DNA of 64,000 bases from Candidatus Poribacteria bacterium (GTDB lineage: Bacteria; Poribacteria; WGA-4E; WGA-3G). Below the pieces are notes generated by a model. The model had not been told where the DNA came from. It saw nothing but the letters and a program-made list of their open reading frames with translations, and searched no databases. Where the stretch lies: positions 4,256,001-4,320,000 of the forward strand of contig OZ244048.1 in assembly GCA_965215265.1 (NCBI GenBank). Direction: 5' to 3'. The translations under genes and the position numbers were made by a program. Within the stretch, counting starts at the first letter, position 1. The number at the start of each line of letters is the position of its first letter. Of this stretch, positions 20,952-31,301 are shown in pieces.

Positions 20952-23732
20952 TTAGAACAGTGTCTGCCTGCGTTGCGCTAAGCCCATCTCCTGCTCTATA
21001 TCTCGCCACTCCGACACGAGCAGGTTGTAGTCTGACGCACGTTCCGCATCTCCGCACCTCTCATAGTGGGCATACAACACGCGCGCTAAACGCACCGCTG
21101 ACTCGCTCTCTCGCATCCCAAGCCCTACCCTAACGCACCCCTGAATCCCACCGCTAAACTCTATACCCGACAGATGCCAAACCATCCGCTGACACCCCTC
21201 CCACGCCGTCATCCTTTCACTGTGCTCGCGCGCTGCCAACTCTCCGCCTCGCAGCAACCGAACCTGACCTCGTTCCGCAAGCAGCACCTTGTCGTGCAGT
21301 GCGGCGATGTCTACGCCTTTCGCTTTTGACAGTCCATCGGCATCCCCGAAAGTGCCTACCGTGTAATCGTGCTGCTGCAGCCACGTCAGACAGAACTGAC
21401 TCTCCGCATCCAGTTCGCCTGTCTCTTTTTCATGATAAGCCACGATTTCGTGATTGATGTGCCGAAGCGCCTCGCGTATAGAAATGAGTTCTCCGCTGAT
21501 TCGCGTCACCTGGCGATAGCGGGAGTAAACAGCCATCCCTGGGCCGATGGCGGCTTGCGCCAGATCAACAGGTCTGATGTTTGCGGTGCGTGTGAGCCTG
21601 TCAAGCGCGGGTGGCATTGCGGCTTTGAGTTCTTTCAAGAAGTCGTTACGGATAATGATAGGTGCCTCTTCCGGGCGTGGGCGGCACACCAGCAGAATAG
21701 AGGTGGCAAGCGCATTTACCTGCGTCTTGAGTGCTTTCGTTTGTTCGGTGCGTATGGGCCAGGTAGCCACAATTTGAAAGCCTGCATTGACGAGCGCAGC
21801 GAGCATCGTCTCCCAGCCGGTGGAGGTGTTATCCTCGCGTTTCGCGGCCTGCTGTTTGTAGGCGTAGAAGATGAGCGTAGGAAACTTGTCAGAGCAGTCC
21901 TGCCGCAGCCGCAGCAAGGCTTTGCCGAGCAGTTCTTCAAACCGCTCTCGCGCCCCCTCAAACCTGGGCGCAGCAATAATCTCTTCACTCTTCGGTGTCA
22001 TCATTCCGCCGAACAACTCTGGATAAGTGTCGCGAAGCAACGGGCGCAGCCAGACATAGAAAAAGTCTGACAAATCGGCGTAGTTAATGTTGTCGTAGTA
22101 GGGCGGATCTGTGACGATAACAGGTCTCTCCTTAGCATGTGGTGTGTTGGTAGCGTCTGCCTGATACACGGTGCCGCTGTTCGCGGTGGCGGGTAAATGC
22201 TCAATCACTTTTGCAATCCACTCCACCTGTGCCATCCAGTTCTGTGTTGAATTTGAGAACGGGTTGCCTTCCACGAAGTCCCATATCATTGGAATGGCTT
22301 GGCGTATGAAGGTAGGGGCAATAAAGGTTGATGAGTTTCCCCACAATGCAAAACTGCAGTGTGCCTCAGCAGTTCTCCCGATAGCGAGTGCGAGATAGGT
22401 ACAAACCGCATCGGCGTAGCTTTCCTCTGCGCCGTCTTGTAGGATACGATGGCGGACTTCTGGCAACAGGTCGCTGAAAGTGGTTAGTGCCGTGAGTTGC
22501 CGCTCAGTGAAGAGTTCATGCCAATGTGTCATGCCGTAACCGAGACTGCTAACCTTTGGCGTATTCATTATGGCTTGCCTTGGCCGCCATTTTGGAATAG
22601 CAGCCATTGCCACTTGAAGATGTTCGTCAGTAGGCGACAGGAACAACTTTTTGCGTTGGGTGGGTGGGCTCTCGGCCACTATCGCCGTCATCATCTCCCC
22701 CATCTTCCCGCGTTTCGCTTGCTCGCGAAGATAAGCCAATTTAACTGCCGTGCCGCACGCGCAGCAGTGCGCGCCCGTACGCCTCACTGTCGGCATCGGC
22801 ACACCCGTCTTTGAAGATTGCACCACCCACGATAGCGTGTTGGTGTCTCTGTCCACTACAGGCCTTGTCCAATATTCATTGCCACGCCTCTTTGACAACT
22901 GAAAGCTTTTCATCAGCGGCTTCTGGAGGCCGCAGGCAGGGTTGCTACACGGCACCGTGCGCGCCCACAGCCACGCCACAACGGTGGCAGCCGTGCCGTC
23001 TCGCAACCGCACTGGCGGATAGAGGTGCCCGATGCGTTGGTGGGCTTGTTCACGCAGCCACTGGCCGTAGTGGCGGATGTCGGCAGCCAAGCCCGCAGTG
23101 CCACGCCAACTCTGCTCTGTGACGATGCTATTGGCTGAATCCGCTTTGAGATAGAGCGGTGGATGGTTATGAAATCTCGGCGGCAATTCAATCATCGCCT
23201 TCGTAAGCAGCACTGGGAGTGGATTTAGATCCGAGCCGCGGGCATGCACGCCCAATCGTTGTGCTTCAAGGGGGATGGAGCCCCCGCCACAGAACGCATC
23301 GTAGACAGCAGGACCGTGTTCTCGCAGATAGTTTAGCACCGCCCCCGGTTCATTCTCAAACCGCTGCCGAAAAGCCGTCAACTCTTCGCCGTTGTTGCGT
23401 GCCACAGACAAAGCAATCTCGTAGCGTGCCTCGGCTAACAAGTTGTCATCGGTGCTATTTTTCCAAACCACAAGCCGGCTAAGCAGGCGATGGAGCCTCT
23501 CGCGTTCAGCGTTCTGTGCGGTTTCAGTTGGGAACTCGGCGGGGCAGTCGCCCGGATCATCTACAAGGCAGGCGAAGATGACGGCGCGACAAGCAGCCAG
23601 CGGGCGGCGCGCCCAATAGCGGTGCAGCGTTGAAGGGTGTCCATGTGTCAGCGAGGCATCCTTTGCCGATTCCGCGTTGATAGCTGGCAGCGGGATATTC
23701 ACCTCAATCAGTTTTTTGCGATAAACGGGCAT
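20952..23732 (-). CDS. DUF1156-domain adenine-specific DNA methyltransferase with Zn-ribbon
   Basis: 'TLHRYWARRPLAACRA', DAFCGGGSIPLEAQRLG, CxxxxC/CxxC, TDPPYYDNI. Confidence 0.9.
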   Translation of the reverse strand: MPVYRKKLIEVNIPLPAINAESAKDASLTHGHPSTLHRYWARRPLAACRAVIFACLVDDPGDCPAEFPTETAQNAERERLHRLLSRLVVWKNSTDDNLLAEARYEIALSVARNNGEELTAFRQRFENEPGAVLNYLREHGPAVYDAFCGGGSIPLEAQRLGVHARGSDLNPLPVLLTKAMIELPPRFHNHPPLYLKADSANSIVTEQSWRGTAGLAADIRHYGQWLREQAHQRIGHLYPPVRLRDGTAATVVAWLWARTVPCSNPACGLQKPLMKSFQLSKRRGNEYWTRPVVDRDTNTLSWVVQSSKTGVPMPTVRRTGAHCCACGTAVKLAYLREQAKRGKMGEMMTAIVAESPPTQRKKLFLSPTDEHLQVAMAAIPKWRPRQAIMNTPKVSSLGYGMTHWHELFTERQLTALTTFSDLLPEVRHRILQDGAEESYADAVCTYLALAIGRTAEAHCSFALWGNSSTFIAPTFIRQAIPMIWDFVEGNPFSNSTQNWMAQVEWIAKVIEHLPATANSGTVYQADATNTPHAKERPVIVTDPPYYDNINYADLSDFFYVWLRPLLRDTYPELFGGMMTPKSEEIIAAPRFEGARERFEELLGKALLRLRQDCSDKFPTLIFYAYKQQAAKREDNTSTGWETMLAALVNAGFQIVATWPIRTEQTKALKTQVNALATSILLVCRPRPEEAPIIIRNDFLKELKAAMPPALDRLTRTANIRPVDLAQAAIGPGMAVYSRYRQVTRISGELISIREALRHINHEIVAYHEKETGELDAESQFCLTWLQQHDYTVGTFGDADGLSKAKGVDIAALHDKVLLAERGQVRLLRGGELAAREHSERMTAWEGCQRMVWHLSGIEFSGGIQGCVRVGLGMRESESAVRLARVLYAHYERCGDAERASDYNLLVSEWRDIEQEMGLAQRRQTLF

Positions 23733-23771
23733 AATGATGCCTTAGTCCCTCTCCCGACAGGGCTAGCGTTC

Positions 23772-24068
23772 CTATCTATTTAGGCTTCGTGCGAAACTAT
23801 CAAGACTCTCTGCTTGAACGGCGGCCAGGTGCAGCTGCTCAAGGTGTTGTAAATCGGTAATGCGTTGCAACGCCGGTGCTAACGCCTTGACAGTATTCGG
23901 TGAAAACTTAGCGCTCAGCACCGCCAATGTATTTTTGATGGTGCTCTCTTTCGCACCTTGTTCTATGCCGCGTTCTATGCCTCGTTCTATACCTTGTTCT
24001 ATACCTTGTTCTATACCTTGCGCGATAAATTCATCGCGTAACAGTTGGAAATATTTAGATTCTCGCAT
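23772..24068 (-). CDS. Putative nested small protein (RpnS-like antitoxin), in frame within rpn
   Basis: Minus strand reads ccGGAGGgactgATGcga just before the GIEQ repeats; 98 aa. Confidence 0.55.
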   Translation of the reverse strand: MRESKYFQLLRDEFIAQGIEQGIEQGIERGIERGIEQGAKESTIKNTLAVLSAKFSPNTVKALAPALQRITDLQHLEQLHLAAVQAESLDSFARSLNR

Positions 24069-24707
24069 CAGTCCCTCCGGTATCAGACGTTTGAAAAGCG
24101 ACGCGTCATGCACAATACCCCCGAAAACCGACAGCGCACACAGTAAATCTCCTTGCGCCCCCTCATCCAAATCCGTTCCTGTCGTCGCGGTTATACATCT
24201 TTGAATCCAAGCCGCCGAGTCCAAACCTTCAGGCGGTTTCATCAATGGTGTGAGCGGCAACAGCCCAGGCGCAGCCAACGCCAAAATAGATTCACCTGCT
24301 ACTTCTATCAGACGGATAACCTTATACCGCAACCGATAGGCATAGCCACACAGACTATATTCATACACACCCCCATCCCTTCTACCCGCTGACGGATGAA
24401 AGTACAGCACATTCGAATACACCGGCAGCTGGTATTCCCCGAGCAGATACCCGTGATACGCTGCGTTTCGTGCCCACATCGGTTTGGGTGTGCTATCTCG
24501 CACCTGCAACTCTATGTGTAGGATAGCCTCTTCGTTATCAATACGGATACGCTTGGTGCTATCGACACGCTGCCCGATAACCACCTGTTGTTCCGTGTCA
24601 AGGTTTTCAAGCACCTCAACATTGTCCACCCCGAGTATAAACCGTGAGATGTCGTCGGCATGCTCCGTCAACAACTCTTTTGCCATATTATCATAGTCCT
24701 GTGCCAT
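23772..24707 (-). CDS. Rpn-family (recombination-promoting nuclease / PD-(D/E)xK) protein
   Basis: 'RVD...ILHIELQ', 'YQLPVYSNVLY', 'LLPLTPLM', C-terminal (GIEQ/GIER)x5 repeats. Confidence 0.85.
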   Translation of the reverse strand: MAQDYDNMAKELLTEHADDISRFILGVDNVEVLENLDTEQQVVIGQRVDSTKRIRIDNEEAILHIELQVRDSTPKPMWARNAAYHGYLLGEYQLPVYSNVLYFHPSAGRRDGGVYEYSLCGYAYRLRYKVIRLIEVAGESILALAAPGLLPLTPLMKPPEGLDSAAWIQRCITATTGTDLDEGAQGDLLCALSVFGGIVHDASLFKRLIPEGLMRESKYFQLLRDEFIAQGIEQGIEQGIERGIERGIEQGAKESTIKNTLAVLSAKFSPNTVKALAPALQRITDLQHLEQLHLAAVQAESLDSFARSLNR

Positions 24708-24744
24708 AAAGTTATTATACACCAATGCGTTAAAAAAAGTCAAG

Positions 24745-24835
24745 TTTTCGTATATTTCAGCGCTATAAAGGCTGCTGCTCTATTAAAACCTTTACAAACC
24801 TCGTCAGAGCCGTTTATGTTTTGAATCTAAACATC
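24745..24835. repeat. Dispersed ~92-bp element (copy)
   Basis: TTTTCGTATA...TACAAACCTCGTCAGAGCCGT..GAATCTAAACATC. Confidence 0.75.
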
Positions 24836-24903
24836 ATCACACACAGACGACTCTCAGAAAAAAATGGAGGTAAGTGAGAGAAGCGGGGCCTCATTTACCC
24901 GGG

Positions 24904-25015
24904 CTTGTGGAAAAAGTGTATAATTCGGGTCTGAATCAGGATTTGCAGCAGAAAAAGGAGCCGGCCGGGTGTTAGAGTTGTGGTTCTATTTGACTGACGG
25001 GTGGCTCTAACTCAC
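24904..25015 (+). repeat. Right copy of the imperfect direct repeat
   Basis: See 20728-20861; internal inverted repeat GTTAGAG/CTCTAAC. Confidence 0.65.
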
Positions 25016-25127
25016 GAAAAACGAGGGTAAGTGACGCATCAATTCAGACTTGACAAAAAAAGTCGCATCGGTTAGGATTCTACATAATCCGAAAGAATCA
25101 CCCTATTAAGCGAAGGATGAAAAGATT

Positions 25128-26195
25128 ATGGAAGAAAAACATCTGTTTGATGCGAGTCATCTTCACGCAATTGCGCGAACTATATTTGTTGCTGCAGGTA
25201 CGTCTCTACACATCGCTAACGATGTGGCAGAGATTTTAGTTAAGGCAAACCTCGCCGGTCACGATTCACACGGTGTGCTCCGCATTCCAGCTTATTTAAG
25301 AGGGATTGATAGCGGTGCTCTTAAACCATCTGCTGAACCAGAAATCTTGGCTGAAACCGCCAATACCTTACGTATTGATGGAAAAGGCGGTTTTGGGCAC
25401 TACACTGCCCGTTGGGCTATTAAGCGAGCTATCGAAAAGGCGAAAACGTCCACTTCCTGTTCCGTCAGTCTTTCTAATACAGGGCACATTGGACGTTTAG
25501 GTGAATATGCCGAAGAAGCCACAGCAGCGGGATGTATTGGGTTGATTAGCGTTGGGGGTGGTGGAAGGAAGGGAGGTCCCACCGTCCCTTATGGCGGTGC
25601 GCAAGGGGTATTCGGGACTAACCCTATCGCCCTTGGAGTACCTACTGGAGACAGTACGCCGTTTATAGTTGATTATGCAACCAGCATGGTAGCCGAAGGT
25701 AAAATCCAGGTCGCGCGCAGCAAAGGCACTGAACTACCAGAAGGCTGTATCTTAGATAAGCACGGTGTGCCCAGCGTTAAGCCTGCAGATTTCTATGACG
25801 GTGGGGCACTACTCGCATTCGGTAAGCATAAAGGTTATGCACTGTCTATGTTTACGTGTCTGCTCGGCGGTTTGGCCGGAACGTTTGACGTTGAGAATGG
25901 ACGCATGAGCGGGACTTTTATGCAAGCGATTGATGTCAACGCTTTCACACCGGTCGACGAATATCAGAAAGCCGTGCGTGCCTTTTTGGATGGCATTAAG
26001 AGCACGCCGCCGGCCCCCGGTTTTAATGAAGTCTTAGTCCCAGGTGATTTTGAAGCCCGAACCCGCGCGCAACGACTTAAGAGCGGCATTGAGATACCAG
26101 ATACAATTTACACCCAACTTCAAGAGTGTTCCGAAAAACTTAATCTTTCTCTCGGTGATGACATAGTTGAAGAGGAAGATAAGACGCGTTACTAA
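25128..26195 (+). CDS. Ldh_2 family (malate/L-lactate/sulfolactate-type) dehydrogenase
   Basis: GHDSHGVLR, HIGRLG, GTNPIA, KHKGYAL, VLVPGD. Confidence 0.9.
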   Translation: MEEKHLFDASHLHAIARTIFVAAGTSLHIANDVAEILVKANLAGHDSHGVLRIPAYLRGIDSGALKPSAEPEILAETANTLRIDGKGGFGHYTARWAIKRAIEKAKTSTSCSVSLSNTGHIGRLGEYAEEATAAGCIGLISVGGGGRKGGPTVPYGGAQGVFGTNPIALGVPTGDSTPFIVDYATSMVAEGKIQVARSKGTELPEGCILDKHGVPSVKPADFYDGGALLAFGKHKGYALSMFTCLLGGLAGTFDVENGRMSGTFMQAIDVNAFTPVDEYQKAVRAFLDGIKSTPPAPGFNEVLVPGDFEARTRAQRLKSGIEIPDTIYTQLQECSEKLNLSLGDDIVEEEDKTRY

Positions 26196-26367
26196 TTTTT
26201 TGTATAGCACGTCAAATTGTGTCCACGGCTATAAATTCTTTTTGTCTCCTACTCGGGGACAATGAATATGGCCGGGCTGAGATTTTTATCAGACTCAGTA
26301 GCCTAAAAAAAAACTCCTGAGGGCGTTGTTAGGTTTATTCAAACAATTTGATAGGAGATGAGTCATC

Positions 26368-27399
26368 ATGAAAAGGCACATAATTCACGCCCCACAACTT
26401 AGGACATTTACAAGCAAGCTTTTTGTGGTTGCAGGGACACCAAAACATATTGCCGATGGCGTTGCCGAGATTTTGATTAAAGCCAATCTGGTTGGGCACG
26501 ATTCTCACGGCGTGCTGCGCATTCCATCTTATCTGGAAGCAATTGAAAACGGTGGTATCCAACCAGCCGCAGAGCCGAAAATACTCAGTGAAACCGACAA
26601 TACTTTCTCCGTTGATGGTGAGAATGGTTTTGGACACTATACTGCGCGCTGCGCAATGCAACGTGCGATTGAGAAAGCCAAATACAGTCGAACCTGCTAC
26701 GCAACGTTAACCCGCACAGGACATGTGGGTAGGGTTGGTGAATATGCAGAACAAGCTGCTGCAGCTGGGTGTATTGGGATTATCACTGTCGGTGGTGGCG
26801 CGAAAGCTGGTGGGCGCATACTCCCTTTCGGCGGCACAGAGGGGGTGCTCGGTACAAACCCTATCGCTATCGGGGTTCCGACCGGTGATGACAGTCCGTT
26901 TCTGCTTGATTTCGCAACGAGCATGATTGCAAATGGGAAAACCTACGTTGCCGATAGTGAAAATCGGGCTCTCCCGGTAGGTTGCGCAGTTGACAAACAC
27001 GGAAACCCTACCGTGAAAACGGATGAATATCGCGATGGTGGACACCTCCTTGCATTCGGTAAACATAAAGGTTATGCCCTCTCTCTCTTCGTCTCTCTTC
27101 TAGGAGGTTTAGGTGGCACCTTTAACATCCAAACTGGGCAGATGGGTGGTATATTTATGCAGGTGATTAATCCCGATGCCTTCATGTCCTTGTCAGAGTA
27201 CCAAAAAGGCGTGCGTGCGTTCTTAGATACGATTAAAGCGACACCACCAGCCCCCGGTTTTGATGAAGTGTTAGTCCCCGGCGATTTTGAAGCCCGTTCC
27301 CAGGCACATAGACTTGAGAACGGTATTGATATACCGGATACCATTTTTCAACAGCTTCAGGAATATGCTGAAAAACTGAATGTCTCTATGGATGTTTAA
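26368..27399 (+). CDS. Ldh_2 family dehydrogenase, tandem paralog
   Basis: Same motifs as the upstream gene; clear paralog. Confidence 0.9.
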   Translation: MKRHIIHAPQLRTFTSKLFVVAGTPKHIADGVAEILIKANLVGHDSHGVLRIPSYLEAIENGGIQPAAEPKILSETDNTFSVDGENGFGHYTARCAMQRAIEKAKYSRTCYATLTRTGHVGRVGEYAEQAAAAGCIGIITVGGGAKAGGRILPFGGTEGVLGTNPIAIGVPTGDDSPFLLDFATSMIANGKTYVADSENRALPVGCAVDKHGNPTVKTDEYRDGGHLLAFGKHKGYALSLFVSLLGGLGGTFNIQTGQMGGIFMQVINPDAFMSLSEYQKGVRAFLDTIKATPPAPGFDEVLVPGDFEARSQAHRLENGIDIPDTIFQQLQEYAEKLNVSMDV

Positions 27400-27463
27400 T
27401 CACACAATTTTTTATCAGATTCAGCCGGACACTTCTTAGGTAAATAGTGAGGTGTATTTATTC

Positions 27464-28099
27464 CTACCACGCTGCGTGCTTGAGGAATTCTAATGCCATT
27501 AAGGTATGCCCCTCCGCGTTCGGATGAACGCCGTCTTCGGTTGTCCACAATGCCCCGGGGCGTGCTGCAACCGCGTTCCTAAAGGCTGAACTCGTACGGA
27601 CTAATCGCGCGTCAAACTCCTCGGCGAGTTTGTGGATGCTGGCGTTATAGGCATCGATGGGTAACGGACGTGGCATCTCGACATCTTCCTCAATATAGAA
27701 GATTTCAAAAAGAAAGAGTCGGGCGGATAGTTCCTCGTGCGTCCGCTGCAGGATGCGGCGGTAGCAGGCTTCCCAGTGAGGCAGATAGTCTTCCGTTAAA
27801 ACGCCTTCGGCATGCTGGCGGCTAGCATTGTTAATGCCGATTTTAACAGAAAGCCAATCCGGTATTTCGTCAATAACATCGCTACTCCACCGATGCTCTA
27901 AACCCTCAACTATATCACCGCTAATTCCTTTGTTCACATAGGCGATATTGCGTTCAGGGTACTTAGCAGTAATCAGTTCGGTTATTTTTCGGACGTACCC
28001 ATGCCCCAAAGGCGTGTGTGCATCACGTCTTCCACAATCTGTAATGCTATCTCCGATGAAAAGCACCTTATCTCCGGATTGAAAGACCAAATTGTTCAC
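27464..28099 (-). CDS. SGNH/GDSL hydrolase
   Basis: FIGDSITD, NKGISG, GINN, DGVHP; GTG start after AGGAG. Confidence 0.9.
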   Translation of the reverse strand: MNNLVFQSGDKVLFIGDSITDCGRRDAHTPLGHGYVRKITELITAKYPERNIAYVNKGISGDIVEGLEHRWSSDVIDEIPDWLSVKIGINNASRQHAEGVLTEDYLPHWEACYRRILQRTHEELSARLFLFEIFYIEEDVEMPRPLPIDAYNASIHKLAEEFDARLVRTSSAFRNAVAARPGALWTTEDGVHPNAEGHTLMALEFLKHAAW

Positions 28100-28263
28100 A
28101 GAAATTCTCCTGTCTGTTGTATAATAATTAAACACAGTTTTTTGCTGCGCTGTGAAGGCCGATTGCAACATCTACTATTCTCCAAACGGCCTTTCACATG
28201 CGGAGTTTAGCATAGATACGGCTTAATTTGCAAATTCTTACGAAAAATTAATGAGTTATTAGG

Positions 28264-28929
28264 ATGAAAAACATCGGAGCCCTCCACGTCATTACAGACA
28301 TAACACTTCAGTCGCGATTCACACATGCGGAACTTGCGAGGCTTGCAATTGCAGGTGGCGCGGATACGATACAATTTCGGCATAAAACAGGGACGACGCG
28401 CGCATTAATACAAATGGCAGAAGAGATGCAGCGGATATGCGCACAAAGCGACGTGCCTTTGATAATTAACGATAGGGCAGATATTGCGTTGGCTATCGAG
28501 GCTACGGGCGCGCATTTCGGACAAGACGACATGTCTATCTCTATTGCCCGACGTATTCTCCCTATGTCGGCAATCATCGGTGCCTCTGCCCGTACTGAGC
28601 AGAAAATACTCACTGCGATTCGGGATGGGGCAGACTACATCGGCTTCGGGCCCATCTACGGCACGCAATCAAAACCGGATGCAGAAACCGCTAAAGGGTT
28701 GGAGCGGCTTCATAGGATGTGTGAGATTGCACCCTGCCCTGTCATCGCAATTGGTGGGATTACAGTAGAAACGGCAGCAAAGGTTATTCATGCTGGGGCA
28801 CATGGCATCGCTGTTATCTCTGCTGTGTGCTCGCACCCTCATCCGGAGGAAGCTGCGGCGGCGCTCCGCAGTGAAATTCAGGGTGCCAAAAAAAATCAGT
28901 CGGTTAACAACCCTAAGGGGCAGTTTTAA
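28264..28929 (+). CDS. thiE: Thiamine-phosphate synthase
   Basis: QFRHK, LIINDRAD, HFGQDD, GADYIGFGPIY.T.SK, IAIGGI. Confidence 0.93.
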   Translation: MKNIGALHVITDITLQSRFTHAELARLAIAGGADTIQFRHKTGTTRALIQMAEEMQRICAQSDVPLIINDRADIALAIEATGAHFGQDDMSISIARRILPMSAIIGASARTEQKILTAIRDGADYIGFGPIYGTQSKPDAETAKGLERLHRMCEIAPCPVIAIGGITVETAAKVIHAGAHGIAVISAVCSHPHPEEAAAALRSEIQGAKKNQSVNNPKGQF

Positions 28930-28935
28930 AGAAAT

Positions 28936-30468
28936 ATGACATATACGCATAGCATTGAAACAAATACCAAGGCGTTCTGGGAACTCGACCAGCATTATGA
29001 ACCAGATCTGAGTCGGATTGACGAGGCGTTCGTTCAGAAATTGTGGCACACACAACGTTTTTTCGATGCCAATGTTGCGGCATTCGATGCCAATGTCGCC
29101 GCAATTGATAGGCGCACGATCCGGGTACTAAAACCCGGTACCTGGAACCACGGTGAAGGGCCCGATTTCATGAACGCCGAAATGGAGATTGATGGAAAAC
29201 TACACGTTGGCGATGTCGAAATTCATGTTAAATCTTCGGAATGGTACGCACACAAACACCATCTCAATTCCAGATATAACCGCGTCATCTTACATACAGT
29301 CTTCTTTAACGATGATTTCAATCTACGCACGCGCCTTCAGAACGGGAAGCGGATTCCGACACTGGAACTCCTCAAATTCATTAATATCCCTACCGGAGAT
29401 CTGCTTGACTCAACCCAAGAGACTGAAGTAGATGCCAGCAGTTACTGTCGAATAACAGGACATGAACTCAACATAGACATCCTTCGCGGCGTTTTTGATT
29501 CCTTGGGCAGAGAACGTTTTTTGGAAAAGACAGAGTCCATGCGCTTATTGAGAACGCGCCTTAATTACGAACAATTGCTCTATGAAGGAATCATGGAGGC
29601 GTTAGGCTACAAAGAAAACAGCACACCTTTACGCGAATTGGCGCAACGGGTTCCTTTCGCCGATTTCGATAATAAATCTGAACCGGAAATCCAAGCCTGC
29701 CTCTTCGGGGTGGCCGGGCTCCTTCCATCACAACTGAAGAAACCGATTCCGACTGAAGAGGCAAATAACCCTTTTGTTGTGCAATTAGAAAACGCGTGGG
29801 ATACGTCAAAATACGCCGCATCCCCCGACAGGATGGCTGAATCACAGTGGCGTTTTGCAACACGCCCCTTTAACCATCCAACCCGGCGGATTGCAGCAAT
29901 AAGTCAGTTAATTCAACGTTGTAATGGGAGTTTGATGATGTACTTTCTACCGACGTGTGAACGCATCACCACCGCGGATACACCCAAGTTATTGCGGACA
30001 ATTCAAAAACAACTCTTAGCACTGCTAATCCTTGAACCCCAAGGCTATTGGAAAACTCATGCAAACTTCGGAAAACCAGTTCGTCAAGCAAGCCTCATTG
30101 GGGAATCACGGGCATTGGACATCATTGTCAATAAAGTCCTACCGGTCGCTTATGTTTGGGCACTTGAGGCGGATAGCCGTGGATTGCAGGAGGCAATTTT
30201 GCAACTCTATAGCAGTTGCGCAACATTGCAAAAAAATAAATATATCCGCAAAATTGAGGAGCAAATTTTCACGACTGCGCAGCCCATGCGCTCTCTCAAA
30301 CTTAGTGCCAAAATTCAGCAGGGCGCAATTCGCCTCTATAAAAACTATTGTGCAGATAGACTCTGTGACTTGTGCCCAATCCTTGAGCATGACGCGATTC
30401 TTGCCGAGAATATCGCGCAGATGACACCAGGCAAACTTCATAGTCAACCAGGAACGGATGATGCCTAA
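28936..30468 (+). CDS. DUF2851 family protein
   Basis: 'PGTWNHGEGPDF..A..GDVEIH..W..H.H...Y..VILH', 'RPFNHPTRRIA', terminal CxxxxCxxC. Confidence 0.85.
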   Translation: MTYTHSIETNTKAFWELDQHYEPDLSRIDEAFVQKLWHTQRFFDANVAAFDANVAAIDRRTIRVLKPGTWNHGEGPDFMNAEMEIDGKLHVGDVEIHVKSSEWYAHKHHLNSRYNRVILHTVFFNDDFNLRTRLQNGKRIPTLELLKFINIPTGDLLDSTQETEVDASSYCRITGHELNIDILRGVFDSLGRERFLEKTESMRLLRTRLNYEQLLYEGIMEALGYKENSTPLRELAQRVPFADFDNKSEPEIQACLFGVAGLLPSQLKKPIPTEEANNPFVVQLENAWDTSKYAASPDRMAESQWRFATRPFNHPTRRIAAISQLIQRCNGSLMMYFLPTCERITTADTPKLLRTIQKQLLALLILEPQGYWKTHANFGKPVRQASLIGESRALDIIVNKVLPVAYVWALEADSRGLQEAILQLYSSCATLQKNKYIRKIEEQIFTTAQPMRSLKLSAKIQQGAIRLYKNYCADRLCDLCPILEHDAILAENIAQMTPGKLHSQPGTDDA

Positions 30469-31255
30469 TCATACTAAAAATCTGACAGATGAATCCTATT
30501 GGACAGCGCTTTGGGATGGGCAACAGCATAAAGTACGGCATCTCCGGTGGGCGTACGTCGCGAACCGCCAACTCGCCAAACTTTTTCGCCGCACGCTTTC
30601 CGGTTTAGATACTCCTAAGTTGCTTGAAGTCGGCTGTGCAGATTCACTGTGGCTGCCGTATCTTGCACATACCTATGAATGCGACTGCCACGGCATAGAT
30701 TTTTCGGAAGTAGGATGTCAGTTGGCAAAACGGAACTTACAACGGGCTAACGCGGTCGGGAAGATTCTCTGCGAAGATGTCTTCACGTTTGCAAAGATGC
30801 ATCAAGGCACGTTTGATTTTGTCTATTCAATGGGACTCATAGAACATTTTACCGATACAGAATTAATTTTAAAAGAACTGTCTTATCTCCTTAAACCCAC
30901 GGGGAGAATGCTAACTGTTTTCCCGAACCTGCGTGGCATGTATACACCGATAGCGCGCGTCGCAAGTCCTAAGCTCCTCGCCACCCATCAGGTGATTACG
31001 CCGATGGAACTTCACGGAGTGTTGCAAGACGTTGGTTTTCAAGTTACAGAATTTGGGTACACGGGCGGCCCGTTGAAGTTAAGTGTCGTCGATTATTCTC
31101 CGTGGCGGGCTGTCATCGGCAAGTGGGGACACGAGGTACTTTGCAAGTTTGTCAATTTAACCGATATTGTGGTTGGGAATCTATTGGTAGGGCTCCAAGT
31201 TCCTAACCAACAGTTGACTTCACCCTATGTGTATGCGATATCTACAAAATTGTAG
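30458..31255 (+). CDS. Class I SAM-dependent methyltransferase
   Basis: LLEVGCA, GIDFS, FDFVYSMGLIEHF, LLKPTG. Confidence 0.88.
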   Translation: MMPNHTKNLTDESYWTALWDGQQHKVRHLRWAYVANRQLAKLFRRTLSGLDTPKLLEVGCADSLWLPYLAHTYECDCHGIDFSEVGCQLAKRNLQRANAVGKILCEDVFTFAKMHQGTFDFVYSMGLIEHFTDTELILKELSYLLKPTGRMLTVFPNLRGMYTPIARVASPKLLATHQVITPMELHGVLQDVGFQVTEFGYTGGPLKLSVVDYSPWRAVIGKWGHEVLCKFVNLTDIVVGNLLVGLQVPNQQLTSPYVYAISTKL

Positions 31256-31301
31256 GTGCATGGTAAAATTGCCTATATAAAAAACAAATTGGAGGATTCT
31301 C

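Noticed and set aside
21369-22070. 233-aa + strand ORF and other ORFs overlapping the DUF1156 gene
   Set aside because: Antisense to a well-supported GC-rich CDS, with no motifs.
23955-24020. 12-bp tandem repeats as a CRISPR or regulatory array
   Set aside because: They are in-frame coding repeats (GIEQ/GIER) typical of Rpn C-termini, with no spacers.
25128-27399. Tandem Ldh_2 dehydrogenases as a novel system
   Set aside because: An ordinary paralog duplication; substrate cannot be inferred from the sequence.
29062-29103. 21-bp tandem duplication (FDANVAA x2) in DUF2851
   Set aside because: A small in-frame slippage duplication with no evidence of function.
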